Origin: an uncultured delta proteobacterium
Lineage (GTDB): Bacteria > Desulfobacterota > RBG-13-43-22
NCBI GenBank assembly: GCA_963743305.1
Contig: CAVUPH010000010.1
Location: 117,477-181,476, forward strand
Direction of reading: 5' to 3'
Length of the DNA: 64,000 nucleotides
Every line of letters starts with the position of its first letter. Position 1 is the first letter of the stretch. Made by a program: the position numbers and the translations under genes. Below, piece after piece: positions 8,013 to 21,729 of this stretch. The notes beneath the pieces are model-generated. The model saw only the letters and a program-made list of their open reading frames with translations, did not search any database and was not told where the DNA came from.

Positions 8013-10948
8013 TCATATTAGCTCACCGGATACCGAGGATCTACCTTTTTTACGGGTCGGATTGAAAATCTTCTGAAAATGGAGGCGAATATTTTGGGTC
8101 ACCTTGCGATAATGCCGGTAAAGATCCCAGGAAAGGATCGGCACCCGAGGTGCCTGGCCCAAGCCCATTAAATCCAGTTTTTCCAGTCGCTTGATCTCTT
8201 CCGGGAGGTAGGTCCGCGGCTCTTCCCGCCGGTCCAGGAGGAGCTGTAACCCGTGATCCAGGGAGCACAAAAACTGATGTCCGTCCCGCAAAATTAGATA
8301 GGTCTCTTCCGTCAGGCCCCCCGTATCCCGCAGGGCCTGTAAAACTTTCAAGGTGTTGGTTTGGCGGACCTCGGGAACCTGGAGGCCGTGGAGCCGCTGT
8401 AAATATTGGGTGATAAATTCAACGTCGCTCATGCCCCCATAGCCCAATTTGGGGTTGACCCGTTCGCTCCCTTCCCCGGACCGCTCCACTTCCATACGTT
8501 TGCGAAAATACGCCATTTCTTCCCGAATACCCGCGGGGGCAGGCGTTTGATAGAGAAGCCTCTGAATTTCCTCCCGGATTTTCTGGGCCAGGGGTTCCGG
8601 CCCGGCGATCACCCGGGCCTTGAGCAGCATTTGCAGTTCCCAATTCTGGGCCTGGTGACGGTAATACTCCCGAAAAGATTCCAGGGAAACGACCAGGGGC
8701 CCAAAGGTCCCGGAAGGCCTTAACCGGGTATCCACCCCATAACCCGGACCTTCCTTGAGGGGCAGAGAGATATATGAAATCAAGCGCTGGGCCAACCGGA
8801 CCAGATATTCACTCCAGGTTATCCAGGGACGAGACTCTTTTGACCGAGTGGCCCGCGAAGCGGATTGGGCCTCATCGGGAAAGACGGTCTTTAAGGAATA
8901 AACGAACATCAGGTCCAGGTCGGAGGCATAGCCGAGGTCCTGACCTCCCAATTTCCCCAACCCTAGAATGCAGAAAGGGGCCAAGGGGCGGGCCTTGGAA
9001 GATCGGGGATAAATGGGATGAATCACTTCCCGACTGAGGGTATCTTCGGCGACCCGGGCGGTTTCCACAATCACTTGGTCCGCCAATAGAGACAATCGTT
9101 CGGAGGCCTCGGAGGGATTCAGCCTCCCGGCCATTTCCTCCAGGGCGATTTCCAGAAAATGCTCGTTTTTCCAGCGGCGCAGCCGGGAGAGGTTGTCTTC
9201 CAGGTCCGGGTGCGCCGGTCGTTTAACCGGCAAGGGACTGGGCCAGTCGGAATAAAAGGAAAAGCCGCTTTCCCGGCGCAGGGCCAGACGATCAACCAGC
9301 TCGGGATTCTGGATAAAGAACCGGGACAGCAGGGTGCTTCGGGCAAACAAATGGAGGATTTCCGTTAACAGGGTGGTCCGTTCCAGGAGCATGGACAATA
9401 TCCCGGTCCGCCCGCCGAGGCTCCTCAAAAAAAGGTCCAAAAAATGAAGGGTTTGATCCGGGTCAGGGGTTTGAATAACCCCGTGGAGCAGCGCGGGAAC
9501 TATTCGGATCAACAATTCTTTTTCTCTTTGGGCCCGTTGGGAAGAGGCCATGCGTTTTTTCCAAGAAACGAGAATTTCCCGGGCTGCGGCCCATTGGTGA
9601 AACCCCAAGGCCGTAAGCGAGGTTTTCCAATCTTCGGGTTCTTGCGGCTCAAAGAGACGCGAAACTTCCCGGGGAGAAACCGAGTACGGCGCCAGCAGCA
9701 GTTGAGCGAAGGTCTGTTGTACCCCTTCCCGGATCTGGGCCAGTTCGCGAAGCCAGCTTTCCAGGCTCAAGGGTTCCGTTGATTTCCGTCGAGGCATGGA
9801 CCGGGCCACCTGGTGCAAGGGTCCGGGTTCCTTGGGCAGGCTATGGGTTTGTCGTTGGTGACGCATTTGGAGACGATGTTCCAAGGTTCGCAAATAGGTA
9901 TAAGCCTTTACCAGGTGGCGATATTCTTCTTTGGGCAGCAGACGGGTCTGATACAGCCGGCGCAGGGCCGCCAAGGTATTTCTTTCTCTAATCGCCGGGA
10001 GTCGGCCCCCAAAAACCAACTGCAGGGCCTGGACGATAAATTCGATTTCCCGAATCCCCCCGGGTCCGAGTTTAATGTTGTTGTCGGCCAGCAGATGGGA
10101 ACGGGCTTCCTGGAGTATTCGTTCCTTAAGTCCCCGGATATCCTCCAGAACACTGTAGTCCATTACCCGGCGGTAAACGACCGGTTGGATTCCCTCCAGA
10201 AAACGTCGTCCCAAGTCCAGGTTTCCGGCCACCACTCGGGATTTGATCAAGGCCATCCGTTCCCAGGTCTTAGCCTCCGACTGGTAATATTCCAAGGCAT
10301 TTTCCAGGCTGAGGGCCAACTCGGAATCTTTCCCGCCGGGACGGAGGTTTAAATCCACCCGAAAAACCAAATCGCCGTTCATCAGGGCGGCCATGGACTG
10401 GGTGATACGCCGGGTCAGGAGTTGGTAAAATTCCCTTTGCTCGCCAAAAGAAAAGGGAAGGTCCGCCAGGGGTTGATAAAGGAAGATCAGATCGATGTCG
10501 GAACTGAAATTCAGTTCCTCCCCCCGAATTTTCCCAACCCCAGAACTACCAGCCCTTTTTGTTCCAGCAAAATAGGGTTCCAGCTTTTTCCTTTGACCAG
10601 TTCCCGGTAGCTAAAGGCTGTGGCCATCTCCAAGCAAACTTGGGCCAGGTTGGTCAACTCCTGGGTACAGTCCCTTAAGGAAATCCGGCCTCCCAAGTCA
10701 CGGGCGGCAATACGCAGGATCTCCGCCTGTTTGAAGCGCCGCAAGGAGAGGCCGAAGGCCTGAAAATCCTCCCGGCCGTCCAATTGATTCCGCAACATCT
10801 GGCCCAACTGGTTTCGAGACAACCGGGAATGGTATCCTTCCCGGAGAAAGATCTCCTCGGCCAACGAAGGCTGCTGCTGAAGGACCTGGCTCAGGTAAGG
10901 GGAAAAAAGCCGAATTTCATCTAAAAGGGACTGGCCATCGGGGGACAT
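8013..10948 (-). CDS. glnE: Bifunctional GS adenylyltransferase/adenylyl-removing enzyme; one frameshift near 10520
   Basis: Two NT motifs: GLGKFGG-EELNFSSDIDL (restored by adding one G to a G-run) and GLGKLGGQDLGYASDLDL; RVDLNLRP, WERMALIK, KLGPGGIREIEF. Confidence 0.9.
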
Positions 10949-10994
10949 GGTTTTTAATCAGCGGGTTCTGAACTGGTTAGGGGTTAACGTTGGG

Positions 10995-11047
10995 GACGGT
11001 GGACGGCGAAGCCCTCCGATTTAAGGATAGATTCGCCGCCCGCCGCC
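10995..11047 (-). terminator. GC-rich stem-loop between glnA(I-beta) and glnE; possible mRNA stabiliser or partial terminator
   Basis: gacggtggacggcgaa ... ttcgccgcccgccgcc imperfect inverted repeat; no U-tract. Confidence 0.4.
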
Positions 11048-11083
11048 GATACGTTGACCTTTCTGCTCGTGCCTCAAGATCGT

Positions 11084-12497
11084 TTAGATATCAAAATAAA
11101 GCATGAATTCATGAGGATGGGGACGAAGCCGCACCGGGTTTACTTCCCCCTCGGTCTTGTACTCGATCCATTTCTCGATCACATCCGGGGTAAAGACATC
11201 GCCGCGCAGCAAAAATTCATGATCTTCCTTCAGGGCGTTCAGGGATTCTTCCAAAGATCCGGGAGCCGAAGGCACATTGGCCAATTCCTCCGGGCTGAGG
11301 CCGTAAATGTCCTTGTCTAAAGGTTCTCCGGGGTCGAGACGGTTTTCAATCCCGTCGAGCACGGCCATCAGAATGGCCGAAAAGGCCAGATAGCCGTTGC
11401 AGGAAGGATCGGGGGTCCGGAATTCAAGCCTTTTGGCCTTAGGAGAAGGAGAATACATGGGGATGCGGATGGCGGCGCTGCGGTTTCGGCTGGAATAGGC
11501 CAGATTGACCGGGGCTTCAAATCCGGGGACCAGACGTTTATAGGAGTTGGTGGTCGGGTTGGTGAAGGCGCACAGGGCCCGAGCATGTTTCAGTATCCCG
11601 CCGGCGGCATACAGGGCCTGCTGGCTGAGACCGGCATACTTGTCCCCGGCGAAGAGGGGGTTGCCGCCCTTCCACAGGCTGACGTGGGTGTGCATGCCCG
11701 ACCCGTTGTCGGCGAAAAGCGGTTTGGGCATGAAGGTAACGGTCTTGTTGTTCCTTTTGGCCACGTTCTTGATGACATATTTGAACCACATGAGTTGGTC
11801 GCCCATCTTGACCAGGGGCTGAAACTTCATGTCGATTTCCGCCTGCCCGGCCGTAGCCACCTCGTGATGCTGACATTCGATTTCCATGCCGAGCTGTTCC
11901 ATGACCAGGACCATTTCCGTGCGCAGGTCCTGCTGGCTGTCGGTGGGGGAAACCGGGAAATAGCCTTCTTTGTGGCGGGGTTTATAGCCCAGGTTGGGAT
12001 TTTCTTCCGCGGCCGCTGTTCCAGACCCCCTCCACCGAATCGATCTGATAAAAGGCGAAATTGGATCCTCCGTCGTAGCGGATGTCATCGAAGATGAAAA
12101 ATTCGGCTTCCGGACCAAAGAAAGCCGTATCGGCCAACCCGGTAAACTTCAAGTAGTTCTCCGCCTTATGGGCAATATTGCGCGGGTCCCGGCTATAGGC
12201 TTCCTTGGTTATGGGGTCGGCTACGTTGCAGATCAGGCTTAAGGTGGGGACGGCCATAAAGGGGTCCATGACGGCTGTATCCGGATCCGGGATAACCAGC
12301 ATGTCGCTGGCGTGAATGGGCTGCCAGCCCCGGATGCTCGAACCGTCAAAACCGAAGCCCCCCTCAAAGGAACCTTCGTCCAGTTCATGGAGCGGGACGC
12401 TGAAGTGCTGCCAGATGCCGGGGAAATCCAGGAACTTCAAATCCACCATCTTGGTCTTGTTCTTTTGGGCGAACGCTAAAACTTCTTTCGGGGTCAT
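11084..12497 (-). CDS. glnA: Glutamine synthetase, type I-beta; one frameshift near 12008
   Basis: [41 protein letters not shown] insertion, [13 protein letters not shown], adenylylation loop [10 protein letters not shown]; two ORFs join by removing one base. Confidence 0.93.
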
Positions 12498-12569
12498 TTT
12501 CTTAATCCTCCTTAGATTTGGGTGATGGTTGTTAAAACAAATTTGATTTACCTGTAAATTATTATCTGG

Positions 12570-15161
12570 TTATTGGTCCAGGGCGAAGTATATGGCTTTC
12601 TTGATCTCCTCGATCTGCTCTTCATCCCGTATCTTTTGTCCATCCAGATCGGCCACATAAAAAACGTCCACTACCTGGTCCACCTTGGTGGAAATCTTGG
12701 CAAAGTGAATATTAAGTTCCGCCTCGTAAAGGGCCTTAGAGATATTGTAGAGCAGCCCCAATCGGTCCTGGGAGAAAATTTCCAGGATAGTGAAAAAGTC
12801 AGAGCCATGGTTGTCGACCACGACCTTGCTTTCGGAGTGAATACCTGCCCCCGATGACAGCAGGGGGCTGGGTTTTTTCTGGGCCAGACGATAATCCAGG
12901 GCCAGTTTCCCCTGGACGGCCTTGAGTAACTGCGTGTGCACCTTTTCCCAGGTTTCTTCCTCAAAAAGGGGATCCAGGGGCGGCTGGACCTGAAAGATAT
13001 CCAGGGCGATATGGTCGGTTCGGGTGAAAATTTGAGCTCCCAAGATATTAATGTTGTTGATGCTTAAAACCCCGGTGAGTCGGGAGAAGAGCCCCGGGCG
13101 GTCCGGACAGCAGATGAACAGGTCGACTATGCCATCCTGCTTTTTTACGGACCAGGCTAAGGGGTTTTCATTCAACTGTCGGAGCAATTCAAGATGATGG
13201 ACCGCCTTTTCCGGGGGGACGGAGAGGAGGTAGGTGGCCGGCATGCCCTCCAATAGTGCCCGGGCTTCCTGGGCCGTCATCTCCGGCCCGATCAGACGCA
13301 GGATCTCGAGACGGGCCGATTTAAGAGTTTCCCGGGCCTGGCCGGTTGCCATCTCTCCCTGCTCCAGGACTCGCAGCAGTTTGAAAAACAACTCCCGGAT
13401 CAGCATGGATTTCCAGTTGTTCCAAGCTCGAAAACCCGTAGCCAGTGAGTCGGCATAGGTCAATAAGTAAAGCATCTTCAGCCGGCCGGGGTCCTGAATA
13501 ATTTGAGCGCAGCGGATTATCAATTCTTCGTCATTCAGATCGCGGCGCAGGGCCGTATCGGCCAGCAGCAGGTGGTGATCGACTAAAAATTGGATGGTTT
13601 CCGCGGTGACGGCGGATAAATCCAATCGTTCGGCAATTGGAGGAATCAGCAGCGCCCCCTGGTGGGCGTGATTTTTACCGACCCCCTTGCCGATATCGTG
13701 GAGTAAGGCCGCCAGGAAAAGGGCCGGGAAGTCCGGAACTTCCCCCCAGAGGCCATAAAGGAGCGGTTCCTCTTTCAGATAGACCCCCTCGCCGATTTTT
13801 TTCAATTCCGTCAGGGTCAGGAGGAGATGAACATCGACCGTATAGACGTGATAGGTGTCAAATTGGGTGTGGCAGCGGATAGGTTCCAGCTCGGGGATAT
13901 AGCGGGTTAATAGGCCGGTTTGCAGCAGGACTTCCAGCAGAGAACGGGAAGTCTTCAGGTCGCTGACCAGATCCACAAAGAGCTGAGAAACTTCCGGGGA
14001 ACGCTGGAATGATTCGTCGACCAGGAAAAGGCATTGTTTGATCAGACGGATGGTCTCCTGGCTTAAGGGAACGTTTTCCTTGACCGCCTGTCGGAAAAGT
14101 TTCATCAGCATAGTCGGGTGGTCGATAAGCACCCGGGCGGATTCGACGTACAGACGGTCCCCTTCCAGGTAAAGGCCGGGTTCCAGAACCCGACGAGGCC
14201 GGGCGCCGCCTGTTTGCAGTTCGGCCAGGCGTTCAAAAAAGTTCTGATGGATGGTGTGGACATCCTGGAGGTGCTGGTAAACCTCACGCATGAATATTTC
14301 CACGGGAAGCGTATTGCCCCGACCGGCGACCCCCTGCCATTCCGCCAGGGCTTCCTGGGTTTCAAAGGAAAGGCGGTCATTCTTGCGACCGGTCTGGTAA
14401 TGGAGCTGATGCCGGAGCCGCAACAAGAAATTCTGGGCGGCCGCCAGAATGCGCCGATCATCCCAGGTTAATAGACCGACCTTCTCCAGGGAGTAAAAGT
14501 CCGGGGCGTCGAAGAGGGCCTTGCCGATCCAGAGCAGGAGGTGAAGATCCCGGAGACCCCCCAGCCCCTCTTTCAGGTGTGGTTCCAGAAAAAAGGCCGA
14601 ATCGCCGTAGCGCAAATGCCGCTTTTCCCTCTCGGCGATCACCCATTCCTGCCACCTCCGTCCCAGGTCTTGTTTGAGCAGGGCCTTAATCTGCGTCTTC
14701 AGTGTTTGGGCCAAGGGTGGATTGCCGGTTATGCGGCGTAGATCCAGCAGGGCGGTCAGAAAAGAAAGGTCCGAGCCGGCCATCTCCAAGCACTCGCCCA
14801 GGGACTGGACGGTATACCCTACTTCATAACCCACGTCCCAGAAGGGGTAGAGGATTTTGCGGATGATTTCTTCGGCCGGGGATTCGATGGGTCCCGGGAA
14901 AAGAAAGAGCAGATCGATATCCGAGAAGGGGGACAATTCCTTGCGGCCGTACCCTCCCAATCCCAGGACCACGCATTCAGTCTCCTCGCGTCCCTGACTT
15001 AATTGGCCTCGGATTTCCAGGCTGTTAAACACCGAGATAATGAAGACATCGATAAAGGAGGCATGCCAACCGGCAACCGCCAGTCCGGTTTCCCCTCGGG
15101 CTTGTCTTTCCTGCAACTTTAGCCGTTGCTCGGTCAAATATTTTTTGTGGAGCGGTTCCAT
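12570..15161 (-). CDS. glnD: PII uridylyltransferase/uridylyl-removing enzyme
   Basis: GGYGRKELSPFSDIDL, EPHLKEGLGGLRD, HVYTVDVH, LLHDIGKG (HD domain), two ACT domains (DRPGLF, DRLGLL); likely start MEPLH at 15161. Confidence 0.93.
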   Translation of the reverse strand: MEPLHKKYLTEQRLKLQERQARGETGLAVAGWHASFIDVFIISVFNSLEIRGQLSQGREETECVVLGLGGYGRKELSPFSDIDLLFLFPGPIESPAEEIIRKILYPFWDVGYEVGYTVQSLGECLEMAGSDLSFLTALLDLRRITGNPPLAQTLKTQIKALLKQDLGRRWQEWVIAEREKRHLRYGDSAFFLEPHLKEGLGGLRDLHLLLWIGKALFDAPDFYSLEKVGLLTWDDRRILAAAQNFLLRLRHQLHYQTGRKNDRLSFETQEALAEWQGVAGRGNTLPVEIFMREVYQHLQDVHTIHQNFFERLAELQTGGARPRRVLEPGLYLEGDRLYVESARVLIDHPTMLMKLFRQAVKENVPLSQETIRLIKQCLFLVDESFQRSPEVSQLFVDLVSDLKTSRSLLEVLLQTGLLTRYIPELEPIRCHTQFDTYHVYTVDVHLLLTLTELKKIGEGVYLKEEPLLYGLWGEVPDFPALFLAALLHDIGKGVGKNHAHQGALLIPPIAERLDLSAVTAETIQFLVDHHLLLADTALRRDLNDEELIIRCAQIIQDPGRLKMLYLLTYADSLATGFRAWNNWKSMLIRELFFKLLRVLEQGEMATGQARETLKSARLEILRLIGPEMTAQEARALLEGMPATYLLSVPPEKAVHHLELLRQLNENPLAWSVKKQDGIVDLFICCPDRPGLFSRLTGVLSINNINILGAQIFTRTDHIALDIFQVQPPLDPLFEEETWEKVHTQLLKAVQGKLALDYRLAQKKPSPLLSSGAGIHSESKVVVDNHGSDFFTILEIFSQDRLGLLYNISKALYEAELNIHFAKISTKVDQVVDVFYVADLDGQKIRDEEQIEEIKKAIYFALDQ

Positions 15162-15201
15162 TTCCCTAATAAAGGAGTTCTTTGAAGGCCGTCGATCAAA
15201 A

Positions 15202-15555
<354 letters not shown>

Positions 15556-15609
15556 CTACCTGTCCGGACGCGTCTGGATTAATTGAATTTGTGGAATAAT
15601 TTATATTAA

Positions 15610-15625
15610 AGCAATCCCTGTGCCA
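15610..15625 (-). promoter_or_regulatory. Sigma54 -24/-12 promoter of the glnB-glnD-glnA-glnE-glnA operon
   Basis: Minus strand TGGCAC-AGGGA-TTGCT, full consensus match. Confidence 0.85.
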
Positions 15626-15784
15626 TTCCCCAAAAATATATAAAAAAACAGTAATAACAATGGGCTAAAAAAAATAGACCTCGGAGATCCTCGGATTATA
15701 ATTATACAATATAGTAATTAATTTACCTAATAATTATACATTATTGTAATACAAACCAATAAAATTGAAAAAACGTTTTTTATA

Positions 15785-16519
15785 TTAATGAACGGATTTT
15801 CCTTTTGTTTCCAGGAGCTGGAGGTAGCCCAGTAAAACCCGCCGGGCCTGGGCCTGAAGACGCTCCAGATAAATAGCGGCGTCCCGAAGAATATCCTGGG
15901 CCGTGTTCGGTTGGGGGCGGGCCTTTCGAATGTCTTCCCCCCAAGAGGCCAGCCAGGTCTCCAGCATGGGTTGGGTGATTTCCAGGTGGAATTGAAACCC
16001 GTAGGCCATCGTCCCCCAGCGGAAGGCCTGGTGAGGATAGGCGGGGTTGCCGGCCAGGCAGTCCGCCCCGGGAGGGAGGTCGAAGGTCTCTCCATGCCAC
16101 TGGAAGACCATGAAATAAGGATCCAACTGGGAAAAAAGGGGATCGTTTCGCGCCGAAGGGGTCTGGTTCAGCCAGTACCAGCCTATTTCCTTATGAGGTC
16201 CGGGATAGACCCTGGCCCCTAGGGCCTTGGCCATAAGTTGGGCCCCCAGGCAGATTCCCAAGACCGGCTCCTCCGTTTTCAGGGCCTTCCGGAGAAAGGG
16301 TATTTCTTTTTTGAGATAGGGATAGGCCTTTTCCTGATTGGCGCTCATGGGTCCGCCCATGACCAGAGTCAGACCAAACCCGTAAGGGGAGGCGGGGAGA
16401 TCCGCTCCGGCAAAGAGAGGCAGGATCTCCAAGCCCCATCCCAGTTCCAGAAGGATTTCTTCAAACAGGCCTCCCCGTTCTTCGGCAGTATGCTGGAGAA
16501 TGAGAGCCGTTTTGTTCAT
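15785..16519 (-). CDS. Class I glutamine amidotransferase (GMP-synthase-like, stand-alone)
   Basis: VMGGPMS, LGICLGAQL (catalytic Cys), QWHGETF, FQFHLE (His-x-Glu). Confidence 0.88.
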   Translation of the reverse strand: MNKTALILQHTAEERGGLFEEILLELGWGLEILPLFAGADLPASPYGFGLTLVMGGPMSANQEKAYPYLKKEIPFLRKALKTEEPVLGICLGAQLMAKALGARVYPGPHKEIGWYWLNQTPSARNDPLFSQLDPYFMVFQWHGETFDLPPGADCLAGNPAYPHQAFRWGTMAYGFQFHLEITQPMLETWLASWGEDIRKARPQPNTAQDILRDAAIYLERLQAQARRVLLGYLQLLETKGKSVH

Positions 16520-16539
16520 TACCCGCCTCGTCACGCCTT

Positions 16540-16890
<351 letters not shown>

Positions 16891-18121
16891 CTATAGGGTG
16901 TAGCCCACTTCACTGTGTTGACTGATATCCAGTCCGGCCCTCTCCTCTTCAGTTTCCACTCGCAGGCCCATGGTCCAGTCCAGGACCTTGAGGATGATCA
17001 GGGTCATCACAAAGGAGTAAATCAAGGTGACTCCTACGGCGAGGGCCTGGGTGCCCAGGAGCGCCGGATTGCCGAAAAACAGGCCATTGTTGCCGGCCTC
17101 GTTGATGGCCTTGCTGGCGAATAGACCGGTGGCCAGGGCGCCGAAGGTCCCACCGACCCCATGGACGCCGACTACGTCCAGGGCATCATCGTAGCCGAGT
17201 TTATGTTTTAAGAAAATAGCAAAATAACAGAGACAGCCGGCCGCCAAGCCGATAATAATGGCCGATAGGGGGCCCACGAAACCGGCGGCCGGGGTAATTG
17301 CCACCAGGCCGGCCACGCAACCGCTGGCGGCCCCCAGGGCTGGTAGGCTTGCCCCGGTAGAGCCATTCGGTAAAGGTCCAGGAGAGGGTCGCGGCCGCGG
17401 CGGCGATATGGGTGGCCACAAAGGCCGAGACCGCCAAGCCGTTGGCCGCCAGGGCGCTGCCGGCATTGAAGCCGAACCAGCCGAACCAGAGGATGGAGGC
17501 GCCCAGGATGGTCATGGGCAGGTTGTGGGGATGGAACGGCTCATGACCGTATCCCTTGCGTTTGCCGATGACGATGGCGGCCGCCAAGGCGGCGATCCCG
17601 GAATTAATATGCACTACGGTGCCGCCGGCAAAATCCAGGGCCCCCAGGTCGCGGATCCACCCGCCGATGCCCCAAACCCAATGGGCCACCGGGTTATAAA
17701 CCAACGTTGCCCAAAGGAGCGTGAAGACCAAGAAGGTGGAGAATTTCATGCGTTCCGCAAAGGTTCCGGTAATCAAGGCCGGCGTGATGACCGCAAACAT
17801 CAGTTGAAATGCCATAAAAGCCTGGTGCGGAATGGTGGCCGAATAATCCTTGAAAGGCGCCGTTCCCACCCCGGCCAGTCCGAACCAATCCAGGCTGCCG
17901 ACGATCCCTCCCAGGTCGGGCCCGAAGGCGTTGCTGTAGCCCCAAAGGACCCATTCGACCGAGATTAGCCCTAAGATAATAAAACTGTGCATGATGGTTC
18001 CTAGGACGTTTTTGCTCCGGACCATGCCGCCGTAAAACAAGGCCAGGCCTGGGGTCATGAACATCACTAATGCGGCCGAGATCAATATGAAGGCCGTGTC
18101 CCCCGTGTTGATTGCATCCAT
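16891..18121 (-). CDS. amtB: Ammonium transporter; one frameshift near 17341
   Basis: PGLALFYGG, DFAGGTVVH, LWFGWFGFNAGS, GLVAITP, DDALDVVGVHG; two ORFs join by removing one base. Confidence 0.92.
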
Positions 18122-18176
18122 GGTTGTTTCCTCCCCCTGTAAAAAGAAATTTTTTCAAATCGTTGCCGATTGTAGA

Positions 18177-18192
18177 GGCAGGAAATGTGCCA
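18177..18192 (-). promoter_or_regulatory. Sigma54 promoter of amtB-glnK-GATase
   Basis: Minus strand TGGCAC-ATTTC-CTGCC. Confidence 0.75.
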
Positions 18193-18322
18193 AAAGGTAT
18201 TTTTATATTTTTTTTAATAAAATTTCGATAGGTTATATAAATATTTCCCCATAACGGGCCGTTTCATGTTAATCCAAAATTGTATTATTTTTTTTATTTT
18301 TAGACAATTTTGTTATGTATTG

Positions 18323-18361
18323 GATTGGGGAGGGAGGGGGAGAGGACCCTCCCTCCCAATC
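18323..18361 (-). terminator. Stem-loop downstream of the second glnK
   Basis: gattggggagggaggg...ccctccctcccaatc inverted repeat. Confidence 0.6.
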
Positions 18362-18399
18362 CGCGACCTCATCAAGCAATTCAAGGGTTTCTACGTCCG

Positions 18400-20425
<2,026 letters not shown>

Positions 20426-20685
20426 GGTTTCCTCCTAAAAATTTAATATTTCCTTCAAAGGTAGTTTTCTGAAACCGTTAAACCCTTTGAAGAACAGTTT
20501 GAGATTAGTTCCTGATGATCAATCGTTATCGTTGATGCCCGGCGCGAGGCCCCCCGGGCTATGCTCCTTCCAGGTTCTTGTTCAACAATTTCTTCTTCAT
20601 CCCCTTCCCCTTTCTTCTTCGCTCCTTAAAACAATATGGATGAATTATTGGTTTCCGGATCCAACAAATCTCATTTCTGGACTAA

Positions 20686-20701
20686 AGCAGGAATCATGCC
20701 A
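20686..20701 (-). promoter_or_regulatory. Sigma54 promoter of amt-glnK
   Basis: Minus strand TGGCAT-GATTC-CTGCT. Confidence 0.72.
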
Positions 20702-20932
20702 TCCAGATTAAATAAATTTAATTAGTTATTCCAATATATTATGTTTAATACCGAGAATTTTGACAGACTGATTATAATTTCGAAAATGTAATCTTTTTTT
20801 TATTTATTCCATTTTTGTATTTTATGAGTCGTTCGCTCTATCTTTCATTTTTCATCTTCCGCGCTGAAAGGTGGCCATATCCGGAACCCGTCCCTTGTCT
20901 GCCGGCACTGCCCAAAACGCCTCCTGTTCCCC

Positions 20933-21256
20933 CTAGCGGCCAAGGTCCTCCTTGCCGGTCATTTCCTCAATCTCGATCCGGACGACGGCGTCAAGGCCAG
21001 TTGGTCTTCCGACAATTCTTTTTTCCTGGAGATAATAAAGGGCCGTTCCGGCGGCTATTCCGATGAGACAGCCGTAGGGAAGACAGACGGCGGCCAGGGC
21101 TACCAGAACCGTTATTACAAAATTGTCTTTGGACGGGGCCATATCCCTCATTCCGATAATCAGAGGAAGGTCGGTGCCGATGTCCCCGAAGGCCCCGGAG
21201 AGTTCGCTGCGGTCAAACCGTATCCGTGCTCGAATAAAATTCGTGATCGTTTTCAG
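20933..21256 (-). pseudogene. Internally deleted MOT1-family molybdate transporter relic
   Basis: Manual translation IRFDRSELSGAFGDIGTDLPLIIGM (MOT1 N-terminal signature) runs directly in frame into the C-terminal helices RDMAPSK...LPYGCLIGIAAGTALYY; only ~108 codons. Confidence 0.7.
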
Positions 21257-21299
21257 GCGATCCTTACACCCTGTTGGCCCGGAATGACGAAAAGGGTAA

Positions 21300-21608
21300 T
21301 CACCCGATCAAGTACGTCCGAGCCGGCTTTCCTTCTTCCAGCGCCTCGATGATCTCATCGATGGCCGATTCGGTTTCAACCCGGCCGTACCACCAGTTCT
21401 CCGGATAAACGACCAGAGAAGGTCCCGTATCACAGATCTTGAGACATCCGGTGCTGGAAACAACCACGTCGGTTAAACCACGGTCCGAGAGTTCTTGTTC
21501 CAGGTACTGGAGCAGATCCATAGAATTCTTTTTGTGGCAGACCCCCTGAGGTGCGCCGCCGGCCCGAAAACTTCCGCAGACAAAGATATGATGCTTAGGT
21601 TTTTTCAT
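21300..21608 (-). CDS. Thioredoxin-like [2Fe-2S] ferredoxin, nif-associated
   Basis: HHIFVC..GVC...STGCLKICDTGP..VVYPENWWYG. Confidence 0.88.
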   Translation of the reverse strand: MKKPKHHIFVCGSFRAGGAPQGVCHKKNSMDLLQYLEQELSDRGLTDVVVSSTGCLKICDTGPSLVVYPENWWYGRVETESAIDEIIEALEEGKPARTYLIG

Positions 21609-21729
21609 TCTTCCCTCCGTTCTTTTGAATGGCTCCAATCGTTACCCTTCAGACCTCGTCTATCACCCTCGAAGTCGATGAGGATGTTTTCGCCGGACGC
21701 CGAACGCTTAACGCCCAACGTGCGGCTTC

